Source: Macrostomum lignano (Eukaryota). From it: DNA of 48,156 bases. A model generated the notes under the pieces. It worked only from the letters and a program-made list of their open reading frames with translations, did not search any database and was not told where the DNA came from. The stretch spans positions 1 to 48,156 of the forward strand of contig NIVC01004372.1 of the NCBI GenBank assembly GCA_002269645.1. The letters are read 5' to 3'. Of this stretch, positions 24,700 through 36,089 are shown one piece after another. Position 1 is the stretch's first letter; every line of letters starts with the position of its first letter. The position numbers and the translations under genes are program-made.

Positions 24700-24858
24700 C
24701 GATGTCCATGGACCAAACCCACCGATGTCCATGGACAAACCTCCGGATGGCCATGGACCAAACCCACCGATGTCCATGGACAAACCTCCGGATGGCCATG
24801 GACCAAACCCACCGATGTCCATGGACAAACCTCCGGATGGCCATGGACCAAACCAACA
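24700..24858. repeat. 45-bp tandem repeat, ~3.5 copies, in iGluR intron 4
   Basis: CCATGGACCAAACCCACCGATGTCCATGGACAAACCTCCGGATGG repeated. Confidence 0.9.
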
Positions 24859-24949
24859 GATGCCAATGAACGGATGCTAAATCACTGACTACTCAAGTGG
24901 CTAAGTTACTACTTCAAGCGCAAAAAAGTTGCTCCTCCAATGCCCTCAC

Positions 24950-25290
24950 CTGAGTTAAGGGTGCCAAATTTGACACCCTTGGCGTCGTTAGCCAAATCGC
25001 TGACGCTTTCAATTGGCGCGATCAGCCTCTCGATTGTAAGACAGGCAGTCAGGTTAGCGGTGTAATAGGCCATGATGATGAGCGAGAAGGCCCACCAGCA
25101 GGAACCAATTATTCTTGTTGACGCCGACCTGGGCGAGATGTCGATGCCTTGCTGTACAAACGAGGCGAAACTAAACCAGAGACTATTCACTAAACTGAAG
25201 TTTCTTTCCGCTGTCTGCACAGGTTGGTGTCGCAGTAGCGGTCTCTGCGTCGGCTGCGACCTGCCGTAGCGGTCGACCTCCACGGAACAC
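24950..25290 (-). CDS. GRIA: AMPA-type iGluR exon 4 (M2 pore loop, M3, start of S2)
   Basis: [25 protein letters not shown]...[36 protein letters not shown]...KFGTLNSG; acceptor TTAGCAG|G (phase 2), donor TCAG|GTGAG (phase 1). Confidence 0.93.
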
Positions 25291-26014
25291 CTGCTAAATG
25301 CGTCGACGAACGAAATTGAATTAAAAATCCAACTTTTCGCCAAATCTGCTTTCCAGAATGTCACGGTCTCGTTTTAAATGTAACATACGCTCGTACGAGC
25401 GTAAACAAAAATTTCTGAAGAAAGGCGTCTTGCCAACTCCTCGTCTTGTCCTATCCACATGTATTAAACACTTGATGTGATTGGCCACTTCCTTGGTCAA
25501 TGACACTACTTTAGGCGTCTGTTCAGAATTTTACCCATAAATTTGCACAGTCAAGCGAAATCTGCCTTTTTGATTTGGTTCCGAGCTTTCGTTTATGGAA
25601 AAATCGACAGATCTGACGTTTCATTGCAAAATCCGTCAGTAACTAGCATTTAGGAAAGTCGCGACTTTCCTAGTGATTTCTTTAGTTCACCTTCACTTGT
25701 CTCTGTTTACTCTGTTTTCTCTCTCTGTCTAGCTCAATCTTGTTATTCTTATCTCTCTCCCTTGTTGCCTTCTGATTGGCTCTCCATTCTCGCCTCTCTC
25801 TTTAGTCGCGCACTCGACCCCTCCTTTTATTATAAGGGAGTCGACCCCCCTCTAAGTTAGTGTCATATATAACACTGGTTTGGGCCCTGCGCCCACTTAC
25901 TGCTCCTTCTCTTAGTATTCAATTAAATAGTCTCTAGTTTAGTTTTATTTTCTCGACATTCAGATCCATCGGGCCTTAAGAAAGCGTCCAACAGGAATAG
26001 AAACTGACACTCAC

Positions 26015-26330
26015 CCCGGACCAGAGGCGCGCTGCCGCTGTTGATCTGGTGGCGGCTGGTCCTGCAGATTCCACTCAAGCGGGCTGACACGGGCCAGCAG
26101 TGCCATGACTGCGGCCAGGATCATCGTTGCCATTAGGATGGCCACCCACAGCTGATGCTCCAATGGCTGCATAAAGCTGAACATGCCGGGCTTGGTCTTC
26201 TGTGGCTTTTTAATGATCACAGACAGGCCGAAGTTCATGAAGGGCTCAGAGAACAGCACGTATTCGCTGCGCTCAGAGGTGATTGTCAGGGAGGCGATCG
26301 CGACGTCCGCTTTGCCGCGAATCACCTCAC
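26015..26330 (-). CDS. GRIA: AMPA-type iGluR exon 3 (end of S1, M1)
   Basis: GEVIRGKADVAIASLTITSERSEYVLFSEPFMNFGLSVIIKKP...FSFMQPLEHQLW...RVSPLEW; phases 1 to 2 consistent with flanking exons. Confidence 0.93.
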
Positions 26331-26447
26331 CTGGTGATGGGAGTGTTGATTCAATTTGGATTAGACAAATTAATCAATTTATGCTGTTTATAAGTGGGTC
26401 GTAAATATGTATTTTTTAGTTTTTGAGTTATAGGTGCCTCAGGTATC

Positions 26448-26945
26448 TCCACCCCGACCTGAGGTATCTCCTCTCCGACCTAAGGTATCTTCACACCGAC
26501 CTGAGGTATCTCCACCCAGAACTGAGGTATCTCCACCCAGAACTGAGGTATCTCCTCCCGACCTAAGGTATCTCCTCTCCGACCTGAGGTATCTCTACTA
26601 CGACCTGAGGTATCTCCACTCTGACCTGAGGTATTTCCTCTTCAACCTAAGGTATCTACACTCCGACCTGAGGTATTTCAACCCGACCTGAGGTATCTCA
26701 ACCCCGACCTGAGGTATCTCCACCCAGAACTGAGGTATCTCCACCCAGAACTGAGGTATCTCCTCTCCGACCTAAGGTATCTCTTCCCGACCTAAGGTAT
26801 CTCCTCCCGACCTGAGGTATCTCCTCTCCAACCTAAGGTATCTCCACTCCGACCTGTGGTATCTCCACCCCAACCTGAGGTATTTCAACCCGACCTGAGG
26901 TATCTCAACCCCGACCTGAGGTATCTCATCCTCGACCTAAGGTAG
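26448..26945. repeat. 21-bp degenerate minisatellite (CCGACCTGAGGTATCTCCACC), in iGluR intron 2
   Basis: Core AGGTATCTC every ~21 bp. Confidence 0.9.
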
Positions 26946-28289
26946 CTCTACTCCGACGCGGTAGCAGATATCGAAATGTAGGTAGCAATTCACTTCAAAC
27001 CCCAAGCAGTACCCGAGCATCCAAAATCGTACGTGTGAGTCTTCGATACATTACTGACTGACATGCCATCTGTCACCTCGTTCTTTTGTGGATTGGATAC
27101 CTAGAAGGATTCTGGCTGCAGTAATACCCCTGATAGTAGTTCGTATATTGCAAAAACCGAATGATTCGAGGCTTTCTCGATGGTCTCTCTCCCTGTTTTT
27201 CTTCCCCAGAAATTCTTCTCTTCAACTCAACGCACTCCATCGCCATCTGACGCTGTCATATTGGCTGTCACATGTCGTTGTTGGAGGCGGCCTTTTAAAG
27301 GAGAAAAAAGAAAAAATTTCCAGTCAAACGTCGTCTGCACTTTTCTGTCCACTTATGAAATTGTGCGCTCTCAAGTAGCAATTCGAATATTGCTCGCGGG
27401 GGGGGGGAGGGCGCGGCATTTCCCCAGTCCGTGGACTCCCGGGAAATAGAGCCAGATAGACTGGAAGCAAAACTGGAAATTGCGAGCATTCGAAATATTT
27501 GAAAGGCGTCAAATACAGAGGGATTTTCAGTAGAGGGAAAAAAGATTGTGTAGAGCTCAGCTCTTGAGTGTAACATTGGATAGAAGGGGTACTTCCATGC
27601 CCGATTCTTCCAGTCCGGAATGCTCCGTTTCAGTGGTCCCCGGCCAGTCCCATATGACTTGCCAGGCTTCTTCTGTACGACGTACGTGCGTGGACTCCTC
27701 GTCACAAAATTTGCTTAAGCCAACTCATTCACCCCCAACCTGACCTTGCCTTCCCAGGCCCCATGAGAAATCAGGGAGGGTTTCCACTGCCTGGCGAATT
27801 TACTCCCCTATTCTGAACTGATCCAACAGTTTCCTCCACCCCCAGCATCTCCGTTTGATCATCCCCGCTTTTTGCACCGACCGATTGTAACTCCCAATCG
27901 TATTTCTTGGCTTTGATTGAAAGAAAAACTGTTGACATTTTTCTGATTGGCCTCATCAGCCCAGCTGTCTGAATCTGGGGCCGCTGATTTAACTGCAGTT
28001 ATTACTGTTCCCGATTGAATTTCAAACACCTGAAGCTTCAGATTGAGCAGAAAAGAAATAAAAATTTCATAATGCGTAGAATAGCTTTTTGACAAGTAAC
28101 TGGCCTCGTCAACTTTGCACCCTGACTTCCTGAATTCTCTACTCTCACCTCAGATATCCCTTTACTCCGAACCCAGCAGTCCTAGATATATACGAGAGTA
28201 GAGATCTCTCGTATGCTTACTCCGACCTTAAGTTTCAAAAATATTCCTCTCCTCCATCTTCAGTTATCCTCCGACATAGTGAATCCAGC

Positions 28290-28447
28290 TCATGGCTGCA
28301 GGCCAGATGAGAGAAAAGAGAGAGGAGAGAAGAGAGAAAGTTAAGAAGAGACGCAAACCTTGAGCGGGCCGGGTTGCTGTTGTAAAGTTTCAAAGGACCC
28401 GGGAGCCGGATAGAGAGGCTCCGCAGGCCGGAGTTTGCCGACTCCTG
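28290..28447 (+). mobile_element. hAT-like MITE fragment (right end with TIR GTTTGCCGACTCCTG)
   Basis: TGAGCGGGCCGG..TTTCAAAGGACCCG..GCCGGATAGA..CAGGCCGGAGTTTGC is shared with the element at 42184-42832; the end complements that copy's left TIR CAGGGGTCGGCAAAC. Confidence 0.7.
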
Positions 28448-28620
28448 TCCTACGACGTATCCCCGCTGTACAACTTCAGTCTTCAGGTGTCTTAAATCTC
28501 AGGTAAGTATTTAGCTATTCCTCAGACTTCAGGTACTCCCACTTTGAATGCAGTTCCAGAGTTCGTACTGTCATTGTGATGATTCCAGATCTCCCAATCA
28601 TAGCGATCTCACCGCCTCAC

Positions 28621-29428
28621 CCATCATTCCGTTCCACTCGAGCTCCCCGCTGCCATCGGGGCTGGGCTCCTGGGCGCCGTACTTTCCGTCCTCAACCAGG
28701 TGCAGCTGCCAGTCGACACCCAGCTTGGCGAAGACCATCTCGGCCAAGTCAATGCAGAATCCGTGATAGCGCTGCCTGAAATCCGAGGCGTTCTCGCTGC
28801 CCTCGCGCAACATGACAAACGGCTCGTTGAGGATGCTGACCACCCGGATCACGGTGCCATTGCCGAGCCTGAGGCTCGCATCTGTTGTGTCGTTTGCGCC
28901 GCTAGCGCCGGACCGCCTTCGGTGCCGGTCGTTGGTGATGTTGAGGCCGCCGGCAGGGGTCCAGACTCCAATTGGTTGGGAGCGGTGCGGCGCGCCCATC
29001 AGGTCCATCACGCGGATGGTATCGGAGCCGCTGCTTGAAAGCCTCGAGGCAACGGCTTGGTGCAGGCGGTGGCGAAGCTCTCGACGTTCAAGACTGTGAC
29101 GTCGCTGGCTGCCGTCGCCCCGGATTTTTCGCCGACCAACTACTAAACCGACGTCGCCTCCGGGGCAGGACAGGTCTGGCCAGGTCAGGACAGTTGTTCT
29201 GCTGACGACATGATCGTCGCTTGTTGCCAAGCCGACCGAATTAGCGGCCTCCGCCAGGGCGGTCAGAGCTGATTGCATCGCCAGAACATCGTGCGACGGC
29301 GGGTTGAGATCCGGCCGGCCGTGGCCGAGAACGGCGGCCGAACGGGATGGAACCGAAACAATAGCCGCTGGGGATCTGAGAGAGTTTGTAGCTGAACTGC
29401 CTGGATTTGCCCCTCGGATTACCGGCTG
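28621..29428 (-). CDS. GRIA: AMPA-type iGluR exon 2 (end of ATD, S1)
   Basis: Acceptor TTCTGTAG|CAG (phase 0); ...VIRVVSILNEPFVM...YHGFCIDLAEMVFAKLG...LVEDGKYGA...WNGMMG|GTGAG (phase 1). Confidence 0.88.
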
Positions 29429-29469
29429 CTACAGAACTGAGACAATGAGAAGACAAACCAAGAAAACTG

Positions 29470-29690
29470 AGGAACCACAAAACTGAGAAGCAAACTACGA
29501 GTAAAATGGAAGACCGAGTAAGGACACAACCGAGTAAAGAGACAACGTAGATGCATCTTTACAACGAGTAAAGATGCAACCGAGTAAGACACGACCAAGT
29601 AAAGACACAACAGAGTAAGAACACAACCGAGTACAGACACAAAACAACTGAGTAAAGACACGCAACTGAGTAAATTGACTCCCAAGACAC
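29470..29690. repeat. Degenerate GAGTAAAGACACAAC-type repeat in iGluR intron 1
   Basis: GAGTAA(A) motif recurring about every 15-20 bp. Confidence 0.7.
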
Positions 29691-29723
29691 TACTCCAACC
29701 GTAAGCAAGCTAAAAAGCCGTAC

Positions 29724-30587
29724 CGCCAGATCGAATCCGGTGATATTGCAGCCGCTGTAGATGAAGCTGCCCAGCTGCAGCTCCGACATGCCCAGCGCAG
29801 CAACGGCATAGTGATACTCGGGCCTATTCATGCCTAGCAGGGCCAGCTCTTCCAGCAGCAGCTGCACGCTGTGCATTCCACCAACATCTACAGCCAACAG
29901 TCGACGCCGCGGATGCTGCCGAGTAAGCCTGGCGTCCAGACCGCGCAGCGCCGACCGAGTTCTCTCCAGCTGCGATGGCCCGGCGGCCGGCGCCACCCGT
30001 CGAAAATCGATACTCTCCCCGGCGCTGCCAAATCCGGCGCTGTCGGCCTCGTCCTGTCGCTTCCGACGCCGGAGCGCCTCAGCGAGGCGAACACCCCGAC
30101 GGAAGCCGGCGTCGTCAGCGTAGACGTAGGAGAAATCCGTCCAGTTGAGGTAGGCCAGGAGGCTCTCAAACGCCGGCGCCAATTCGGGTAGCGGGCTGAG
30201 CCTGGTGCCCGGCAAGTCGGGAAAAGCCTGCCGCCAGGCGATGTAGAGCATGTCGTGCGCTCTGGCCCAGCTGGCGATGAGGCGGTCAGCCTCCGGACAT
30301 ACTGAGGCAAACAGGGCCGCGGCACCGGCTCTGGTGGCTGAGCAGAGCCTGGAGAGCAGGCTGTAGCCGCTTTGACTGATGTTAGGCTCCAACGGGACGA
30401 CTTTGACGACTCCGACGCTCGACGCGACGTCGGCAGCGACGCGCCTGAAGACAATCTCGGTGCCTGGCGGAGCCGAGCTGTCGTAGAAGAAGTAGATCGG
30501 AAATCTGGAACCTGCTGGCGCCGCCACTGCTGCTCCTGCTGCTGCGGTGGCGACAGAAACTATCAAGGCAAGGGTCAGCTGTTGCAT
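29724..30587 (-). CDS. GRIA: AMPA-type iGluR exon 1 (signal peptide and amino-terminal domain)
   Basis: Signal MQQLTLALIVSVATAAAGAAVAA; ATD motifs LAYLNWTDFSYVYADDAG and EYHYAVAALG...GCNITGF; donor GCG|GTACGG (phase 0). Confidence 0.82.
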
Positions 30588-31019
30588 CGGGTGAAAAACT
30601 TCTGTTGAAATCTGGGGAACTGGGAACCCCAATGGAGACTATGAGCTCACCAACTGAGGTTGGGACAAAATTTTGAGCATTTTCTTGGTTTAAAGCCAGT
30701 TTCCTGTCGCCTCCGGGCCTCTTTTTGCCTCCCTGATCCCCGAGAGTGTTGCCAGGGCGCTTGAGTCATCCAATAGAACGAGTAAAGGGAGAGATTTTGC
30801 GCCCATTTGGCACGCAATTTTTATCCCTTAAAGGAGAAGTCATTAAAAATTGGGTCTACAGTGTTTCTCAGAGTCTCAGTGCAGTTGCAAAAGCAAGCCG
30901 CCGCTTCCGGACACTCAACTCGGGTTGTAAACCTGACATTCACCGAGCTGATTCGGATTTTTATGTGCTCAAGCAAATGTTTTGAAATGCTGTCCAGCCT
31001 CTCTTAAATCATGTAGTTT

Positions 31020-32003
31020 ACTGTCATCCTCTCCCTGATTCTGTAACTTACTGTCACTGTCTCCCTGATTCTGTAACTTACTGTCACTGTCTCCCTGATT
31101 CCGTAACTTACTGCCACCCTCCCTGATTCTGTAACTTTCTGTCACCGTCTCCCTGATTCTGTAACTTACTGTCACTGTCTCCCTGATTCCGTAACTTACT
31201 GTCACTGTCTCCCTGATTCTGTAACTTACTGTCACTGTCTCCCTGATTCTGTAACTTACTGTCACTGTCTCCCTGATTCTGTAACTTACTGTCACTGTCT
31301 CCCTGATTCTGTAACTTACTGTCACTGTCTCCCTGATTCTGTAACTTACTGTCACTGTCTCCCTGATTCTGTAACTTACTGTCACTGTCTCCCTGATTCC
31401 GTAACTTACTGTCACTGTCTCCCTGATTCTGTAACTTACTGTCACTGTCTCCCTGATTCTGTAACTTACTGTCACTGTCTCCCTGATTCTGTAACTTACT
31501 GTCACTGTCTCCCTGATTCCGTAACTTACTGTCACTGTCTCCCTGATTCTGTAACTGACTGTCACTGTCTCCCTGATTCTGTAACTTACTGCACCTCCCT
31601 GATTCTGTAACTTACTGTCACTGTCTCCCTGATTCTGTAACTTACTGTCACCGTCTCTCCCTGATCCTGTGTTTTCATTCTTACTACTTAACTGTCTCCC
31701 TGATTCTGTAACTTACTGTCACTGTCTCCCTGATTCTGTAACTTACTGTCACTGTCTCCCTGATTCTGTAACTTACTGTCACTGTCTCCCTGATTCGTAA
31801 CTTACTGTCACTGTCTCCCTGATTCTTAACTGACTGTCCCGATTCTGTAACTCCAAAGATTCTGTAACTTACCCTCTTGCAACTTACTGTATCGCAAGTC
31901 TCCCTGATTCTGTAACTTACTGTCACTGTCTCCCTGATTCCGTAACTTACTGCCACCCTCCCTGATTCTGTAACTTACTGTCACTGTGATTCTGTAACTT
32001 ACT
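31020..32003. repeat. 30-bp minisatellite (CTCCCTGATTCTGTAACTTACTGTCACTGT), ~30 copies
   Basis: Direct tandem repetition, degenerating with indels at the right end. Confidence 0.95.
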
Positions 32004-32439
32004 GCCATTCTCCGCTTGTCCCCAATTGTGCATGAACAGACTAAATCCATGTTAGTCCACTGGCAGCCTTTTATCTGGCTCTCGACCAGTTCACCCTTTC
32101 TTCACTTTTTCTCTGTAGGCTATGAAATAGTGCATAATTTAGCCATTCCGCTTGGCCCCAATTTGCATGAAACAGACTAAATTGTTAGTCCACATGGCAG
32201 CCTTTTATCTGGCTCTCGACCAGTTCACCTTTCTTCACTTTTTCTCTGTAGGCTATGAAAATGGCAGTAGAAATCACAGCCTTATCTAGCCAGTTTCATG
32301 GCTGATCAGTCAGTAAAGGTAGCTGATAAGGTTGCCAAGCTGAACCCTATAAGGTACAGAGCCTGTGGTGCCACTCGCCTCTCATTCTAACTCAAAATTT
32401 ATTCAACAAAGTAGTCAACAGAGCCCACAGAGACAAGCC

Positions 32440-32530
32440 ATGGCGGACAACTTTCTCATTGAAGAGAAGATTGTGACGTTGCAGAAATCTGCGATGGAAA
32501 ATGTCACCGTCATGGCTGGCATCGACAGAG
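32440..32530 (+). CDS. PANK: Divergent type II pantothenate kinase-like protein, exon 1
   Basis: MADNFLIEEKIVTLQKSAMENVTVMAGIDRG; ends AGAG|GCAAG (GC donor), phase 1. Confidence 0.72.
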
Positions 32531-32655
32531 GCAAGCGGCTCAGGCTCGATTAATTCAATTATTAGCCACTATTTTACTTTTACGGTATACTGGCTGGGTT
32601 TAGGAATCCATTATATTATATGCATTAACCGTCCGACCCACCTTGTTGCATGCAG

Positions 32656-32872
32656 GCTGTTCCCTCACCAAGGTCCTCTTCGTCACTGCCGGAAACTCTG
32701 ACGACACTTTCAAACTACACCTTGCACTCTTCAACAACACGCACTTTGAGGCCGGACTAGACTATCTGGCTAGCAAGGCCATCCTGCAGCGGGGAGAGGG
32801 TGGCAAACTGCACGTGACTGGCGTCGGATGCGACAGATATCGAGAGCTAATTCAGGAGAAATTGGGACTGGA
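32656..32872 (+). CDS. PANK: PanK-like exon 2
   Basis: Acceptor GCATGCAG|GC; CSLTKVLFV...GKLHVTGVGCDRYRELIQEKLGLE|GTAAG, aligning with PanK DIGGTLVK and TGGGAYKF segments. Confidence 0.8.
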
Positions 32873-32909
32873 GTAAGAATTATTGGGGCTGCTAATCAGC
32901 GGTTGACAT

Positions 32910-33282
32910 TGAAACACCCACCCTACCTTCTCGGTTGGTTATGTCTCTCCTCCCACAGCCATTAAAACACCCACCCTACCTTCTCGGTTGGTTATGTCTC
33001 TCCTCCCACAGCCATTAAAACACCCACCCCACTCTCTCGGTTGGTTTTGCCTCTCCTCTCACAGCCATTAAAACACCCACCCACCCTCTCGGTTGGTTAT
33101 GTCTCTCCTCTCACAGCCATTAAAACACCCACCCCACCCTCTCGGTTGGTTATGTCTCTCCTTCCACAGCCATTAAAACACCCACCCCACTCTCTCGGTT
33201 GGTTATGTCTCTCCTCTCACAGCCATTAAAACACCCACCCCACCCTCTCGGTTGGTTATGTCTCTCCTCCCACAGCCATTAA
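32910..33282. repeat. ~53-bp tandem repeat, ~7 copies, in PanK-like intron 2
   Basis: GCCATTAAAACACCCACCC...TCGGTTGGTTATGTCTCTCCTC(C/T)CACA repeated. Confidence 0.92.
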
Positions 33283-33794
33283 ATCACGGTTGGTTGTACC
33301 TCGGGTCGTTGGCTAGCAGAACTTCATTGAAGGATTTGCTATTCTGGTTGCTATTACTGGCAGTCGAATTGCTGCCCGTCAAATGACGGTATCGAAAAAT
33401 TAGTTGCAAACAATAGGTAAAACTGGGATTCTCAACTAATAAATACAAGCGTAGCTTTAGTAGCCAATCAGGTAATGGGATATCAGTCTTATCAGTCGGT
33501 TCTTGCACGGTTCACCGTCTTTAATTATTAATCCAGGATAAAATTATCCTGGCTTCAACTGAATTCTTAATTTAAATCTTACAGGAACAATTAGATAGTA
33601 ATACTGCTTTCACACAATACTACTGACTAGCAGATGAGTAGCATAGAAGTAGTACGCGGACAATTATTACTTTCAAAAACAAAATAGCAGAACTGGCTTT
33701 CACAACGATAAAAAAATCTTGAAGACCAACTTTTGAAGCGAGAACAGGACGGTGAGATGAAACTGTTTGTGCTCCCCTGTCTGCCTGCTCTCAG

Positions 33795-34044
33795 GTTGGA
33801 ATTCATCGACGAGTTCCTGTCGCAGACTCGCGGCGCCCACTGGCTGATCAAGAACCTGCCCATTGAGGAGCTCTGCTATCCGGAGACGGAGGCCGACCTC
33901 GGCCAAATCACTGGCAGGGCTGAGAACCCGCTGCAGGCCAACATGAACCAGCAGTTTCAGCTGAGCAGCGAGGATGTTGCCAGCGCGACCCCCTCCCTGC
34001 CCTGCCTATTCTGTTTCATTGGTTCCGCCGGTGGCGTCATCTTT
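33795..34044 (+). CDS. PANK: PanK-like exon 3
   Basis: Acceptor CTCTCAG|G; LEFIDEFLSQTRGAHWL...EELCYP...PCLFCFIGSAGGVIF|GTGAG, matching PanK DEL..KG and NIGSGVS segments. Confidence 0.8.
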
Positions 34045-34608
34045 GTGAGCGGGCTGGCAGGGCTCGGGAACAGTTGCCATGCATTCTGATGAATCTGGTC
34101 TTGCCTTATCAACTTTCATTTTGGCATCCTTAATTTGGAGCCCCGGATGCTAAATTAGCACTTACTTTTTTCAAGCTGAATGCCACTTAGTTTAGGTTCC
34201 TTATTTTGGGACGCTACGGACATATGAGGCTAGATAAAGAGGGGCGCTAGTCAGTCAGGTGATGTACACAAACTCGTAAATCATTTGTGGTCCTAAATTT
34301 AAGATGAATAACTGCAACCACGAAGAGGGATTGTGTGTGGCTGTTAGTGCATATGCCTGTTTATCGTATAAAAGCCCACTACTCTTATCCGATGTCACTC
34401 ATCTGAATAGTTTAAGAAGGGAGCCAGTCGAGGGCAACAGAGGAGGCTCGTGCCTTTTTGGTATCAAGGATTTCTGTACCGCAAGTCGTCGAATTATCTG
34501 TGAGGTGACTGCCGTCAAAATTTTCTGCGCGCGTCTGCCTGTTCGCGCTTATGTCAAATATCGTTGTAATTTTGCGGTGAAATTCCCTTCCCACAACTGA
34601 AATCCCAG

Positions 34609-34864
34609 CTGAAAGAGAACGGCGAATCCTACCTGGTCACGAGTCTCTGGATGGCCGGCAAGTCGTTCCTCGGCTTCGGCAAGATGCTGCTGGGCACCAG
34701 CAGCTACGACGAGATAATGCGGCTGGCCGAGCGCGGTCGCCGTGGCAACATCGACAACGAGGGCAGAGACCTGGTGCAGACCGGGGTGGACGGGCCCTAC
34801 GGCCGGATGCCCGCCAGCCTGCCGATCTTCCCGTTTGGCAAAGCTGTGGACCTGGAGCTGGAGA
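34609..34864 (+). CDS. PANK: PanK-like exon 4
   Basis: LKENGESYLVTSLWMAGKSFLGFGKMLLGTSSYDEIMRLAERGRRGNID...PIFPFGK, matching PanK GGGTF.GL...F.E...A..G....VD...SSFG. Confidence 0.85.
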
Positions 34865-34867
34865 GTG

Positions 34868-35205
34868 AGCGAGCGCATGAGTCTTTGTTTTAGAGTCTCT
34901 TTGTTCGAGAGTCTTTGTTCGAGAGTCTGTTTGAGGTATTTGCTTAATAGTCCTTATTCGAGAGTCTGCTCGAGAGGCTTTGTTCTTGAGTCTTTGTTGT
35001 GGAGTCTATTTACGAGTCTTTGTTTTAGAGTATTTATTTGTGAGTCTTTGTTTGTGAGTCCATATACAAGAGTTTTTTGCTTGAGTGTCTTTGCTCGAGA
35101 GTCTTTGTTCAAGAGTCTTTTTCGGGAGTCTTTGTTCGCGAGTCCTTATTCGAGAGTTTTTGTTTGGGAGTCTTAATTCGCGAGTCTTTGTTCGCGAGTC
35201 TAGGT
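34868..35205. repeat. Degenerate ~14-bp repeat (GAGTCTTTGTTCGC) in PanK-like intron 4
   Basis: GAGTCT(T) core recurring about every 14 bp. Confidence 0.8.
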
Positions 35206-35495
35206 TTAGGATCTTGCTTTTCGGAACTAGTTATAGCAGGGACTTCTAAGAAATGCAATCAGATGACTGGAAGTAATCAAACACTGCCCCCAATTTACAC
35301 GCTAGTTGTTTAGATGGTCATGCCAAGATGGTCATGCCAATTCTTCTGATTCCTGAGCACCAACAGGTACGCGAATAGGTACGCAGGCCAACACTCACCC
35401 AGGGTATTCAGCTACTCTTCCAAATAGTTTTACAATTATGTAGTTAAACTTTTCTGGTGGCTTCATCAACTTTGCTTAAACGCCCCGAATCGCAG

Positions 35496-35680
35496 GAAAC
35501 AAGTGCAGCAAGGAGGATCTCGCCGCTTCCATGGTTGCAGCTTTCGTCACCAACCTGATCAACCTGCTGTCAACATCCGCCAAGATGACCGACACTCGCA
35601 GCATCTTCTTGGGCGGCAACTTCTTTCGGGATCCGTTCATGCGGCAGGAGATGCTTAGGCAGCAGCACTTCTTTCAGATG
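35496..35680 (+). CDS. PANK: PanK-like exon 5
   Basis: NKCSKEDLAASMVAAFVTNLINLL...SIFLGGNFFR, matching PanK SKEDLA....I.NNI...VFVGNFLR; phases 1 to 0. Confidence 0.88.
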
Positions 35681-35699
35681 GTGGGTTCTGTGTGCTGGC

Positions 35700-36045
35700 C
35701 AGGATTGAGATGGGTGTCTGGGAGTTGGGGTCTGCATGCTGGCCAGGAGAGGACTGGGTGGGTGTCGAGGAGGTGGGGCCAGGAGAGGACTGGGAAAGGT
35801 GTCGGGGAGGTGAGGCCAGAAAATGACTGGGGTGGGTGTCGGCGAGGTGGGGCCAGGAGAGGACTGGGAGGGTGACGGGAAAGTGAGGCCAGGAGAGGGC
35901 TGAGGTGATGTCGGGGAGGTGGGGCCAGAGGAGGGCTGAGGTGGATGTCGGGGAGGTGGGGCCAGAGAGGGCTGAGGTGGGTGTCGGGGAGGTGGGGCCA
36001 GGAGAGGGCTGAGGTGGGTGTCGGGAGATGGGGCCAGGAGAGGAC
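35700..36045. repeat. G-rich ~35-37-bp minisatellite in PanK-like intron 5
   Basis: GGGTGTCGGGGAGGTGGGGCCAGGAGAGGGCTGAGGT-like units. Confidence 0.88.
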
Positions 36046-36089
36046 TTGGTGGATGCCGCACACCCCACGGAGCCGTTGCTCACCCGCAG

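Noticed and set aside
27295-27743. ORFs in iGluR intron 2 as a possible retroelement relic
   Set aside because: No convincing reverse transcriptase, endonuclease or transposase motif in any frame.
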